Origin: Monocercomonoides exilis PA203
Lineage: Eukaryota; Protista; Preaxostyla
Length of the DNA: 64,000 bases
NCBI GenBank assembly: GCA_001643675.2
Contig: LSRY02000058.1
Span: forward strand, 62,001 to 126,000
Reading direction: 5' to 3'
Each line of letters begins with the position of its first letter. Positions within the stretch are counted from its first letter, which is position 1. Of this stretch, positions 38,901 to 49,689 are shown one piece after another. Both the position numbers and the translations under genes were made by a program. The notes beneath the pieces were generated by a model. The model was not told the origin of the DNA. It did no database searches and saw only the letters and a program-made list of their open reading frames with translations.

Positions 38901-40392
38901 AGCAGTTTTCGCTCAATTTTGTGGCGATCTTTCAAACACCTCACTTCTTCGTTTGCCTCGTCCCGCTCTTTGATTGCTCTTAATTTCGCTTGCTCTTCTT
39001 CCTCTTTTGCTTCCTCAAATTTCATCAATTTGCTTTTAAGCGTATTGTTTTCCTTTTCAATGGCACTAAATTTTTCCCTTTGAATCATCAGCTCTTCTTC
39101 TAAATCAATGACATGCTTTTCTTTCGCCTTTATTTCTTTGTCTCTTCTCTCATTTATCTCTGACATTTCTTGCTCATATCGTTTTTTCTGTTCCAAAGTA
39201 ATCCTTTCTTGCTCTTCCTGTCTAATTCTTCTTTTTTCTTCCTCTTCGCGCTCCTTGTTCTCTCTAAGCTCTAATTCAAGCTGCTTTTTCTCTTCTTTTG
39301 CCTTTTTCATCAGTTTTTTCTCTTTCAACAGCTCTTCCCTCGCTTCCTCCAGTGCATTCTCTGCACGCCCAGCCTTTCTTTTCTCGCTTTCAAGCTGCTC
39401 TTTTGCGGCTGAAAGTTCCGTTTCTGCCTTTTCGCGACTGTTTTTCGCATCGAAATGCGCGCTGAGAATGTTTGACTGGATCGTCAGCGCCTCTTCCGCG
39501 ACTTTATCTGCCTGCTCAAACTTTTCTTTCACCTCCACCAGCTCTCCTCGCAAAAGGCTGTTTGAGGCTTTTAACTCTTCAATCGTTTCTTCTCTTTGAG
39601 ACAGGCTGCGAGATAAATCCTTGATTTGTTTTTCCAATTCGTCTTTCTTTTCAAGAGCTTCATCTAAACTCTGCTTCAATTGACATTGCTCTTCTTTCAA
39701 ATGTTTCTCTGATTCTAAAAGAAGATCAATTTTTTTGTTCGACAAAATAATTTCGTTTACTCGCGATTCCGCCTGTTCTTTGAAAAAAATCTTTTCTTTT
39801 TCAATTTCTTTTAATGTTTGTTGATTCTGTTGATGCGTCTTCTGCAGTTCGTTCAACAACTGAAAAGTATTTTGGAAATCCTGAGTTTGTCTATCTCTTT
39901 GATCCTTCGCATCCATTAGATCGAATTCCATTTTCTTCATTTTAAGTTCCAAAGATTCCAAATCCATTCTCAATTTGGAGTTTTCATTTTTAGATTCCAA
40001 AAATAGTTTTGCTGTCTTCTCACACTCTTCCAGATAATTTCCCTTGCGTGCAATAATACGGAGAATCATTAAAAATCGTAAAATGATTAATTTAAAAGTA
40101 TATGGATTTTTTTAAAAATAAAAAACCTTTTTTTCGCCAAGTCCAATATTAAAAGCTTTTGAATCAAGAGCTGCTTTGAGAACGGATATGTACGCGCGAA
40201 GTTCTTCGTTTTCTCGTGTTATTCTCTGAACAATAAATGATGTTGACGTTTTTAAATCAATCCATGATTGATCAAACGTTTGTGATGTTGTATTTTTCTT
40301 TCTCGAAGTAAACACAATAATAAAAAGAAATTTCAGTGACAAATTGCTGGATTTGTAAAAAGATAATATACTTTAAAAGAACTTTGGCTCAT
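35954..40392 (-). CDS. Long coiled-coil protein with Ser/Pro-rich disordered C-terminus (5' exons approximate)
   Basis: 1371-codon E/K-rich heptad ORF, an upstream exon in 40127-40300, and a candidate ATG at 40392. Confidence 0.8.
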
Positions 40393-41349
40393 TTAGAAAG
40401 AATGAATTTAATTTTGAAAAAAATTCCCATTATTAAATTAAAATTCGTTTTTCATGATGGAACTTTTCCTAGGTTCAAATAACAACAAAAAATTTTAATT
40501 ACAAAGAAAATAAAAATAATTGTGAATAAATAATTTATTGGTGAACTTCCAAATGTGTTGAAACAACTTTGTGAAACAACTGTGTTATGAATTTTTTTAT
40601 ATTTTTTTATTAAGCAATTTTAAAAAATGAAAATTTTTAAATGTTTGAATGAAAAAAGTGCAGCTGAAGTATCAGAATATTTATTCATGTTAAAAAAAAG
40701 ATGTTTCATAGGTTGATTTTGGTTTTTGAGGGTTTTAATTAAGAAATATCTTCCCGTCAAAATAACTTTTTCGGGTTTTGTCCACCTGTTGGGATTGTAG
40801 CTTCATGAGAAGAACAACTGATCTTCTTCACATTTTGATTACAGGAATTAGCAGTATTATGGGAATATGATAACTTATCGTTGAAGTCGAAATGTTCACA
40901 GAATTAAAAAATGAAAAAAAAAGTGAATTATAAGAATTAATAAAACACATCTTGTATTGAATTTTTGGTTTTCAAATATTCACAAATTATTTGAAGAACA
41001 ATGATAAAATTGAAAGAGAAAATGGTTATTTCACTTCCTTCTCTTATATTTATGAGAGCGCCACGTTATGGGTTAGTCACCCAGCTGATCAAAATGGCAC
41101 TTAATGAAATGGTGAACAAAGGAGCAAATGAGAATTTTAAAAAGAGAACTGACACTTGGCAAATTGAAAATTATTACAAATGCAGTGAAAACACATGTTT
41201 GAAACAAGAAAGATACAATTTAATTGAATTGAAAGTTTGAAAATGCAAACAATAAAGAGAAGGAATTATAAGTGTTGAATCTTTTCCCTCATTGTTATTC
41301 AGCAATGACGAATTCATAAGGGGATGGGATGTCAAAGTTGTGGAGGGAG

Positions 41350-41455
41350 TAAGAGAAGGAAGTGAAATAACCATTTTCTCTTTCAATCAAAACACAAGCG
41401 TTTTGATTACAGAGAAAACATTTATTTCACTTCCTTCTCTTATATTTATGAGAGC
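41350..41455. repeat. DIRS internal complementary region (ICR)
   Basis: 41350-41387 is the reverse complement of 41009-41046, and 41385-41455 is the reverse complement of 45301-45371. The two overlap at AAT (41385-41387). Confidence 0.95.
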
Positions 41456-41486
41456 ATCAATAATTGGGAAGGTTTGATATTGTTAA

Positions 41487-43703
41487 TTAGTTCGGAATAA
41501 TATTCTTTTCTTCATATTGTTTCTTTTCCAATTCTTTTCTTCTTTGAGATCTTGTGCGGATTATGAATTCAATCTTAGCCTCGCTTATTACTGTCTGTGA
41601 AGCATTGTATTCTTCATTGTCCTCTGGTTCTTCAACTTTATCTGGGTATGCAAATTCTGTTTGTTGTTTTTGATCTCCGTTTTCACATATTTCCCTTGTT
41701 GGTATTTGCTCTTCTGATCTTGAACTGGAATTTGTTTCGGAATCGGATTCCGCCTCAGAATCTGAATCGGACTCTGACGCAGACCCACTTTCTTCAGGTT
41801 GGAGAACAGTTGAATTGCATCTTGCTATCACGTGGGCCAGCTTGCTTGATACATCTGATTGGACGTAATGCTTTGTGATGGTGTTGCTTCTAGGAGAGAG
41901 TCTGGCAAACTTAGCAATTTGGGCTAATGGAATTCCTGCCATCGTTAGCGCAGTGATTGACGCATGCTTCAATGAGTAAGGCCCGAAACACTTTGGAATC
42001 CCAGCATCCTGTAACATTTCAGCTGCATAATTACGAATTTTTCTTGCAGAGAGGGCAAGATGGGTAGTTTCATCTATAAATAGTGAAGTTGCATTTGGCT
42101 GAGATTCTTTGATTCTGTTCCAAAGTTCCTTTACGGAAGCTGCTGGGCACACAAGTGGCTGTTCTTTTAGAAACGGGATGATAATATCTGTACGTTCTGT
42201 TGATGTTTTTAATGATGAATCAAGTTTTATTGCATCGTCTCCAATTGTTGAATTATGTAGGTTTATCCTTTCCAACTCCGTAAAGCGACAGGCGGAGAAC
42301 AACATACATGTGCAAATGGCCTTTTTTGTCAATTCGTGAAAATCAAGGTTCCTGTTCTCACCTAATGATGTTATTTTCTGCAGCAGGAGTTGCGGGTTCC
42401 AGATGTCTGGTTTGTCTCTTTTCTTCCTGTTTTCTGATCTTCTGAATGATTTTAATAGCCTTTGCATGAGAGCAGATTCTCCAAGGCCTCTATTGTACAG
42501 TAATTCTGAAATAAGAGATAGTGCGGCACATGTTTGTTTGAGCGTCGAAGCTTTCGTCCCTTTGTCCTTCAGGCTTATGAAGATGTGAGCACATTTTTCA
42601 ACCCAGTTACTCCAAGCTTCCTGTGGGTCTCCATTTCGATTATCCTCCCATATTTCACTGAAACGCGCATAACTATATGAATATCCTTTCCATGTGTTTT
42701 CAGCAACACTATTTTTGCATTCATCGATTACCCTTTCGGAATATCCCTTTGAAAGAAGCATTCTCCGAAACCATTCTTCTCCTTGTGATTCTAAGGATTG
42801 ATAAGGACTATTCTCATTCTGCCTGGTGGTAGACTTGCTTCCATCCGTTTCATCCATCTTCCTTCCTTCAAAACCTGGTTCTGTTCTTTCCATCTCCATT
42901 CGCAGTGTCTCGACATTCTTATCAGTGGTTCCCATATCTGCCCTCTCCAATCTGGCATCAGAAGAAGAACATGTGCATTTTCCTCTATTGATTTCACAAT
43001 CGTTGGGACTATTAACGGAATCGGAGGATGGGCTAAAATAACGCCTCTTTGCCATGATTGATGGAGTCCGTCTTCGTTGAGTGTGCTTCCTGGGCCGCAC
43101 CATCTGTCCGCTTTCGTGTTCTCGTTCGTTGCGAACGCATCCAACGTTATTTTGAGATTGAGGTTTTCCGTGATCTCGTTTAGCTCTTCTTGTTTTATGG
43201 AGTAATCTCCCCCTCTTTTTAGCCTGGATAGAGCATCTGCTCTGACATTCTTCGTCCCTGGCAAGTGTTGGGCTTTTATCTGAATGTGATTGTTCTGAAC
43301 AAATGTCCATATTTTCATCAGCAACATCCTGAGGTTTGTTCCTGCATTCCATCGATTGATATTGAAAACCGCTGTTGTATTGTCTGATCTGATTAGCAAG
43401 CTGCAGACTTTGTTCGCTTGAAGAATGTATCTGAAATGGTTGAGTGCTCGATTGATTGCATATAATTCCCTGTAATTCGAGCTCTGGCATCTCAATTTCC
43501 CTGGCAGTGATTGATGGAAATCGTATTTCTTGTTGTTCATTTGAAGAACAGCTCCCATAGCTCTCTCTGATGCATCTGTCGTCAAGGTTGCTTGCGGCAG
43601 GAATAATGGGCAAAGCTGTCTCGGTTTGTTCGCATTCAGCCTCGATATCCATTTTTGAATGTTCGGAAGGATTGATGGGTTGATTCTCATCCTTCCTTTC
43701 CAA
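41487..43703 (-). CDS. DIRS tyrosine recombinase ORF (start uncertain)
   Basis: NTWKGYSYSYARF, FSACRFTEL, VCPAASV, PYSLKHASIT and TITKHY; the ORF overlaps pol in another frame. Confidence 0.88.
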   Translation of the reverse strand: MERKDENQPINPSEHSKMDIEAECEQTETALPIIPAASNLDDRCIRESYGSCSSNEQQEIRFPSITAREIEMPELELQGIICNQSSTQPFQIHSSSEQSLQLANQIRQYNSGFQYQSMECRNKPQDVADENMDICSEQSHSDKSPTLARDEECQSRCSIQAKKRGRLLHKTRRAKRDHGKPQSQNNVGCVRNEREHESGQMVRPRKHTQRRRTPSIMAKRRYFSPSSDSVNSPNDCEINRGKCTCSSSDARLERADMGTTDKNVETLRMEMERTEPGFEGRKMDETDGSKSTTRQNENSPYQSLESQGEEWFRRMLLSKGYSERVIDECKNSVAENTWKGYSYSYARFSEIWEDNRNGDPQEAWSNWVEKCAHIFISLKDKGTKASTLKQTCAALSLISELLYNRGLGESALMQRLLKSFRRSENRKKRDKPDIWNPQLLLQKITSLGENRNLDFHELTKKAICTCMLFSACRFTELERINLHNSTIGDDAIKLDSSLKTSTERTDIIIPFLKEQPLVCPAASVKELWNRIKESQPNATSLFIDETTHLALSARKIRNYAAEMLQDAGIPKCFGPYSLKHASITALTMAGIPLAQIAKFARLSPRSNTITKHYVQSDVSSKLAHVIARCNSTVLQPEESGSASESDSDSEAESDSETNSSSRSEEQIPTREICENGDQKQQTEFAYPDKVEEPEDNEEYNASQTVISEAKIEFIIRTRSQRRKELEKKQYEEKNIIPN

Positions 43704-44890
43704 CCCACCTTTCTAACCATTCTGTTCAGCAGCATGAACATCGATGGAAGAAGGAGTGAAGCTTCCTTGAAAACGAAGCGAGTTGCGCTTAGCTTGCCAA
43801 TGTACGACGCGAAATCTCTCACTCTTGTTTGCTTGCATTTCAGTGCTCGGCGCCTCCATCTGTAGCATTCCGTGAGCAATTCTTTCTTTCTGTCTTTCTC
43901 CAAAGTTACGGTGAAGTTGGAAGTGTCCCATGAATATCCGAGGAATGAAAAACGATTTGATGGTTCTGTGTGGCTCTTTTCCAAATTGACAATAAGTCCA
44001 AGATTCTGAAATAGACTTATAACTTCTTGTGCGATTCTCGTTAGTTTCGACCTGTCTTGATGGAGCAAGACAATGTCGTCCAAATATGCGACAGCTTTCA
44101 CATTCCATCTTTCCCGAATGAAAACCATGACCTTTCTCATAATTTTTGTAAATATTCTTGGAGAGTCCTTGTAACCGAAAGGCATGCTGGTGAAGCAATA
44201 AAAGTCTTTGTTGAACTCGAAGCTTAGAAAAGGAGTGAAATCCTCTGAGACCTTGATGAGATAGTACGCTTGGCTTAAGTCCAGTGTGACTGCAAAATCC
44301 ACATTCTTTATAATTCTTTCCACAGATCGATGATCCTCCTGTTTGAAGTGAATTGTTTTTATCGCATTGTTTAACCTCCTGCAATCCACAATCTGTCTCC
44401 AGCTCCCGTTCCTTTTCCTGACTACAAATATTGGATTGAGAAATTTCACTTCGTTTTTGGTTATTTTCCTGATAATTCCAGTTTTCACTTGAACTTTGAT
44501 TAACTCCGACAAAGCTTCCCTTGCTTCTTGTGATTGCTCTGGTCTCCTGCAGTTTTCCTGAGAGTTGATAAGGGTCTTGCGAGCTTTGGCACTCCTCCAA
44601 ACCGGAACGACTCCTCTTTTGATTATCTTTTCTCCTCCCACCATTTTCCAAGCCTTGGCAAATAATGCCGTTCTTCCACCAATTGTAAAGTTGTGTTCTA
44701 TTGAGACTTTGCTTTGTCCCCGGAACTCCCTCTTGAGTAACCTCTTGGAGCGCTGCTTGTGATGAATGATCGTTTTGCGCTGGTCGTCCGGGGCCAATCT
44801 CGAAAAAACCGATAATTCTTTGATCCGCTTTGAAATCCCCTGGTTTGTTTCTTCCTTGCATATGTATTTGCAATGCTTGCCGACCCCCAT
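42791..44890 (-). CDS. DIRS Pol: reverse transcriptase + RNase H + adenine-methyltransferase-like (MT) domain
   Basis: RT motifs LDLSQAYY, MPFGYKDSPRIF, AYLDD and FLGY. RNase H motifs TTDAS, NYRELYA, SDNTTAV and HLPGTKNVRADALSR. MT motifs LDAFAT, AHPPIPLI and PDWRGQIW. Confidence 0.95.
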   Translation of the reverse strand: MGVGKHCKYICKEETNQGISKRIKELSVFSRLAPDDQRKTIIHHKQRSKRLLKREFRGQSKVSIEHNFTIGGRTALFAKAWKMVGGEKIIKRGVVPVWRSAKARKTLINSQENCRRPEQSQEAREALSELIKVQVKTGIIRKITKNEVKFLNPIFVVRKRNGSWRQIVDCRRLNNAIKTIHFKQEDHRSVERIIKNVDFAVTLDLSQAYYLIKVSEDFTPFLSFEFNKDFYCFTSMPFGYKDSPRIFTKIMRKVMVFIRERWNVKAVAYLDDIVLLHQDRSKLTRIAQEVISLFQNLGLIVNLEKSHTEPSNRFSFLGYSWDTSNFTVTLEKDRKKELLTECYRWRRRALKCKQTRVRDFASYIGKLSATRFVFKEASLLLPSMFMLLNRMVRKVGWKGRMRINPSILPNIQKWISRLNANKPRQLCPLFLPQATLTTDASERAMGAVLQMNNKKYDFHQSLPGKLRCQSSNYRELYAINRALNHFRYILQANKVCSLLIRSDNTTAVFNINRWNAGTNLRMLLMKIWTFVQNNHIQIKAQHLPGTKNVRADALSRLKRGGDYSIKQEELNEITENLNLKITLDAFATNENTKADRWCGPGSTLNEDGLHQSWQRGVILAHPPIPLIVPTIVKSIEENAHVLLLMPDWRGQIWEPLIRMSRHCEWRWKEQNQVLKEGRWMKRMEASLPPGRMRIVLINP

Positions 44891-45258
44891 CTCAATTTTG
44901 AGGATGTTTTCTTTGATTCTTCCAGAATATCTTTTTGCCTTTGAGTTAGCAGCGATGATGAAAATTCGTCTTTCATTTTTTCTGCTTCAGAAAATCCATA
45001 TCTTGCTTGTATTCTAACGTGTCTAGCTTCTTTCAGTGCCTGTCCAAATATTTCCATGAAAGCTTGCTGCAAAGAAGAATCTCCTTCAACTTCTTCAGTT
45101 TGTGGTAGATCTGTCCTGCTATCCAGCGACGACTGAACGCTTGATTGGGAAGCGGAATAACTCCCTGTTATTGAAGGAATTGCACTCGGAGGGCCACCAG
45201 TCAGCGGAGCTGAGCAAGGTTCGGTCGCGAGTCCGGTTCCCATGAAAATAGTCGACAT
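44698..45258 (-). CDS. DIRS ORF1 (putative gag), 186 aa
   Basis: First ATG ORF just inside the 5' ITR, overlapping pol, with a basic C-terminus. Assigned by position only. Confidence 0.6.
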   Translation of the reverse strand: MSTIFMGTGLATEPCSAPLTGGPPSAIPSITGSYSASQSSVQSSLDSRTDLPQTEEVEGDSSLQQAFMEIFGQALKEARHVRIQARYGFSEAEKMKDEFSSSLLTQRQKDILEESKKTSSKLRWGSASIANTYARKKQTRGFQSGSKNYRFFRDWPRTTSAKRSFITSSAPRGYSRGSSGDKAKSQ

Positions 45259-45556
45259 TCTTCTTTTTGATCAGCGATCGTGACTAACCCATAACGTGGC
45301 GCTCTCATAAATATAAGAGAAGGAAGTGAAATAAATGTTTTCTCTGTAATCAAAACGCTTGTGTTTTGATTAATAACCAAGCGAGTGATCATAATTCAGA
45401 AATGTCTAAATGCAGTTTTACGCCATTTATTATTCCAAGTTGTTAAACTTTTTATTCTTAATTTTTAAAAGTTGAGTATTTTTTTTTAATATTTTTTGTG
45501 AAAAATAACTTTTTGGCTGAATATTGGAAAGTGATAAAAATATTATGTTTTTTCAA

Positions 45557-45830
45557 TATGGGACAAAATATTTGACTTCAAGCATTTTTTAAGAAAAAAT
45601 AAGCATCTTCGATGAACTTTTTGTGAACAAAAAATTCTATTTAAATGGGTTTCTATTTTTTTATTCTTATAAGGTTTCAGAGCATTTTGTTATTTCATCA
45701 ATGATGTTTGTTTATTGTTTTGAAAATCGAATTTATTTTGAAATCTGATAAAGTCAAATTATGTTATAAGTGAAACAATTTTTTCATGCTTTGTGCATAA
45801 AAAGCTTGAAAGTTCATATTTTCCCCAATA
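45557..45830 (+). mobile_element. MITE family C copy
   Basis: tatgggacaaaatattt ... aaagcttgaaagttcatattttccccaata. Confidence 0.78.
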
Positions 45831-45882
45831 TTAACAAAAAGAATGAGATATTGAACCCCTATTAATATCACTTGTTAATAAA

Positions 45883-46332
45883 CAGTGAAACCCGTGAAAA
45901 AATCAATTTGGGTTTTGTACGACTTTTTGTGACAATATCCGATTGTGATAATATACGATGCTGTTAAACACAGAAAAAAATAAAAATCGATCAATTAATT
46001 AATTAATTTTTGGTCAAATTATTGGTATTTGAAAATTCTTCATTAAAACGCATTTTTCACTTGCGAAATCAATTTTTTCATTAATACACTTTATTTAGAC
46101 TTTTTTAAACATAATTTTGAAAAATTAAAAAATCGAAAATTTTGATCAAAAAATCGATATTTCATTGAAAAAATCACACACAATGAAACAAAATGTGATT
46201 GTATATTTTCAGCCCTGTGATTATATGTGATGGAAGACGAATGAAAAACAAGCAAAAAATGTTGTTGCATCGAAAAATGTGGCAATAACTGATATTTTCA
46301 ATATTCAATGTGATAATATCCGGTTTAGACTG
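45883..46332 (-). mobile_element. MITE family B copy
   Basis: The reverse complement begins cagtctaaaccggatattatcacattg; 450 bp, homologous to 5704-6154. Confidence 0.78.
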
Positions 46333-47629
46333 TTTTCAAAAATGTACTCTTTTTCAGAAAAATCTCATTATCCTTGAAATCGGATAATTATTAAATTATT
46401 TCACCTCACATTATTGGATTCCAAGAAACACAATCATAATATGGGTGATAATTTTTGAAATCATATTTATTCATTAAAAATTTCAGGTTTGAAAATTTCC
46501 CCTGAATGAAAATTTAGAACATGGAAAGGTGAAAAGGCTTAATAATAACATCTTCTTGTTCATTTTAACTGGACCAGTCATTTTTGAAAACAATTGCAAT
46601 TAATGCAGCACTCGAATTTAAAACTTCTTTTCAATGACAAACAATGTTTGAAAAAATCAACACTACGAAAAAGGTTTTAAATACAAAATTTATCACACAC
46701 ATATTATTTATATCAAAACAAGATGTTAAAAATAAAAACTTTTTTTGATTGAAAAATTAATTAATTTTCCTTCAGAATTCTTCATTTGTGTTTCATCGAT
46801 CTTCTGAATATGTTTAAATATAAATAACATATGGGGGAAAATACGGACTTTCGAGCTTTTTATGCACAAAGGATGAAAAAATTGTTTCACTTATAACATT
46901 TGATCGCTTTCTCAGATTTCAAAATAAAATAGATTTTCATTACTGTAAACAGGCATCGTTTTAATCAAAACATAAACTTTTTCAACATTACACGAATTTC
47001 AAGAAATGGACACATTTTTATTGAGTTTTTTGATACAAAAAGTTAATGAAAAGTGCATAATTCTTCAATGAAAATGCCTGAAGTCAAATATTTTGTCCCA
47101 TATAATAATTGTGTCACTTGGAATCCAATAATGTGAGGTGAAATAATTTAATAATTATCCGATTTCAAGGATAATGAGATTTTTCTGAAAAAGAGTACAT
47201 TTTTGAAAACAGTCTAAACCGGATATTATCACATTGAATATTGAAAATATCAGTTATTGCCACATTTTTCGATGCAACAACATTTTTTGCTTGTTTTTCA
47301 TTCGTCTTCCATCACATATAATCACAGGGCTGAAAATATACAATCACATTTTGTTTCATTGTGTGTGATTTTTTCAATGAAATATCGATTTTTTGATCAA
47401 AATTTTCGATTTTTTAATTTTTCAAAATTATGTTTAAAAAAGTCTAAATAAAGTGTATTAATGAAAAAATTGATTTCGCAAGTGAAAAATGCGTTTTAAT
47501 GAAGAATTTTCAAATACCAATAATTTGACCAAAAATTAATTAATTAATTGATCGATTTTTATTTTTTTCTGTGTTTAACAGCATCGTATATTATCACAAT
47601 CGGATATTGTCACAAAAAGTCGTACAAAA
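45913..47629. repeat. Inverted repeat with two identical-looking 513-bp arms (45913-46425 and 47117-47629) and a 691-bp spacer
   Basis: Identical 64-aa ORFs on opposite strands, with paired coordinates all summing to 93542. Confidence 0.93.
46830..47102 (-). mobile_element. MITE family C copy
   Basis: tatgggggaaaatacggactttcgagctttttatgcacaaa ... aaatattttgtcccata. Confidence 0.78.
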
Positions 47630-47659
47630 ACCGATGTGGTTTTTTTTCGGTTTGGTATG
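47210..47659 (+). mobile_element. MITE family B copy
   Basis: cagtctaaaccggatattatcacattg ... degenerate right TIR ccgatgtggttttttttcggtttggtatg. Confidence 0.75.
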
Positions 47660-47997
47660 TCATATAAGAGAATTTGAAAAACAAATCACATGCTATTCCT
47701 TCAATAAATACCGGTTTTGCTTATTTTCGAGAAATAATTTTTTTTCTAATTAAAATAATTATTTGTGTTAAAAATGAAACATGTTTCGATTTTTTTTTTT
47801 TTTTGAAATCATTTTTATAATAGCTAAGTGCACAACATGGGACAGTTATGCACTTTTCAAAGCAGATGATTTTCATTATATTTCAAATAGTTTATATGGT
47901 TTGTTCAGATAACTCTTTTGCAGAAACTTTTCAATCGGATCCATAAAATCGAAAATTATTTACTAAAAATATAATATTGATCGAAATTTTTGACTTA

Positions 47998-48271
47998 AAT
48001 GGTGCAAAATATTTTGACACAAGCATTTTCATTGAAAAATTATGCACTTTTCGTGACTTTTAGAGATCAAAAAGCACAATAAAAATAAGTCCGTTTTTTG
48101 ACTTTAGTGAGTTGTCACAAAACAATTTATTAATATATCAATGATGCCTGTTAAAGGATAATAAATTCAAATAAATTTTGATATCTGAGAAAGCGAAATA
48201 AAGTTATGAGTGAAACGATTTTTTCAATGCTTTGTGCAAAAAAAGCTTGAAAGATCGTATTTTCCCCCAAA
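47998..48271 (+). mobile_element. MITE family C copy
   Basis: aatggtgcaaaatattttg ... aaagcttgaaagatcgtattttcccccaaa. A further terminal fragment lies at ~49092-49127. Confidence 0.75.
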
Positions 48272-49689
48272 TGTTTTTTGAAATTTTTTCTGAATGATAA
48301 TTGAAAATCACAAATTCAAAATAAGCTACTTGAACGAATTATTTCCAAACACAAATGATACTTGCGAATGATTGAGAAATGAAGTGTAAAATCAAAAATA
48401 CAAAGAGTGCAGAATATTTATTCAGGAAATTGTTCTTAATAATCGAAATTCCAATAACAAAAAATGGAGCGTGCGAAAAATGCGATAATACAATAAGCCT
48501 TCTATCATTTGAATTATGAGATAGTCCAAAAACAAAATTTCCTAAATTTTCAAAGGTAGGCTATGATTTCATCTTGACCTTTTTTCTTTGTCACGACCCT
48601 TTTCTTTTTTGCCTTGTCTGCAGCTATGCACAAGCCTGTTAGGAAAAAAAAATGTTTGTTATATATTTCTTTTCTTTTCCTAAATTTTTTTTCCAATATT
48701 TCATGTTTTTCAAAAAGATCGAGGATTGTAATAATTTTTTGTTTTGATCATTGACTAGCTGCTTTTCCAGTGAATATTTTTTATAAAAAGTTTTAAGCTT
48801 TTATATCATAATACATCGTTTCTTTTTTGAATGATTTGTTGCTTCAAACTTTCTCAACTTGTTTTTTTAACATTTTTTCTCATTTATATATTTTTTTAAA
48901 AAAACACGATTTCAGAGACATGCATCCATTTGTTTTAAAATTTAATGAAATGAAATAAAAACAAATTTGAAATGAAATGATATCTCAAAGAAAAGACAAC
49001 AAAACATTTGCATATGACGAACAATTTTCAGATCAAAATTTACAAATGTTCTACCATTTCGCTTCAAATTCTTGTTCAATTCTTTTTCATTTGTGGGAAA
49101 ATATGGACTTTCAAGCTTTTTATGCACGACTCGTCATAAAAATATATATTGCATATTTGAAAGGATTTCACAAAGTTGAACAAAACAATCCATATTTTTC
49201 GTGTGGTTCATTCTTTGTTCAAATGTTATTGAACATTTATAAATTTTGATCATTTCCCACAAAAGATCAAAAATTTGATTCTTTAAAACACGATGAAAAA
49301 TAAAAAATCCACTCTAATAAACTTATTTTCGATTTTATTCGTTACAAAAAATTCAAAAAGTTTGAAAATTGTTTTTGAAAAGTTTTGTGAAGAATAGTTT
49401 GTGGGATATGATCTATCAACGAAAATATTGTCCAATTTCCTATGTGTCAATAGTGAAAACAAAGAAATGTGAAATGAGATAAAATGAAAGTTTATTTTTC
49501 CAGTATCACCAGAATGGGAAGAAAGCAACAATCACAACATTCTCTGTTTCAGTGATTGATCTTTTCATTTCACTGTCATTTGATTCATATGGTATTGGCG
49601 CCAAGCGGTAATTCCTTCATTACCTACATAACCTCTTCACATTTCAACTTTTCACATGAAAAACCCCTGTTCCTTTTGCGCTTTCTCCG

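Larger units (their letters stand above)
41009..45371 (-). mobile_element. DIRS1-type tyrosine-recombinase retrotransposon, structurally complete, 4363 bp
   Basis: 55-bp perfect ITRs (41026-41080 / 45280-45334), ICR at 41350-41455 complementary to both termini, ATT at both ends, and gag-like, RT-RNaseH-MT and YR ORFs. Confidence 0.96.

Noticed and set aside
36187-39599. Many plus-strand F/S/L-rich ORFs
   Set aside because: Antisense shadows of the E/K-rich coiled-coil gene.
41001-41477. Small ORFs sharing ISLPSLIFMRA (also at 45201-45392)
   Set aside because: Translations of the DIRS ITR/ICR repeats, not a peptide family.
46091-46285. Duplicated 64-aa ORF (also 47257-47451)
   Set aside because: Non-ATG ORF inside a MITE, duplicated only because of the inverted repeat.
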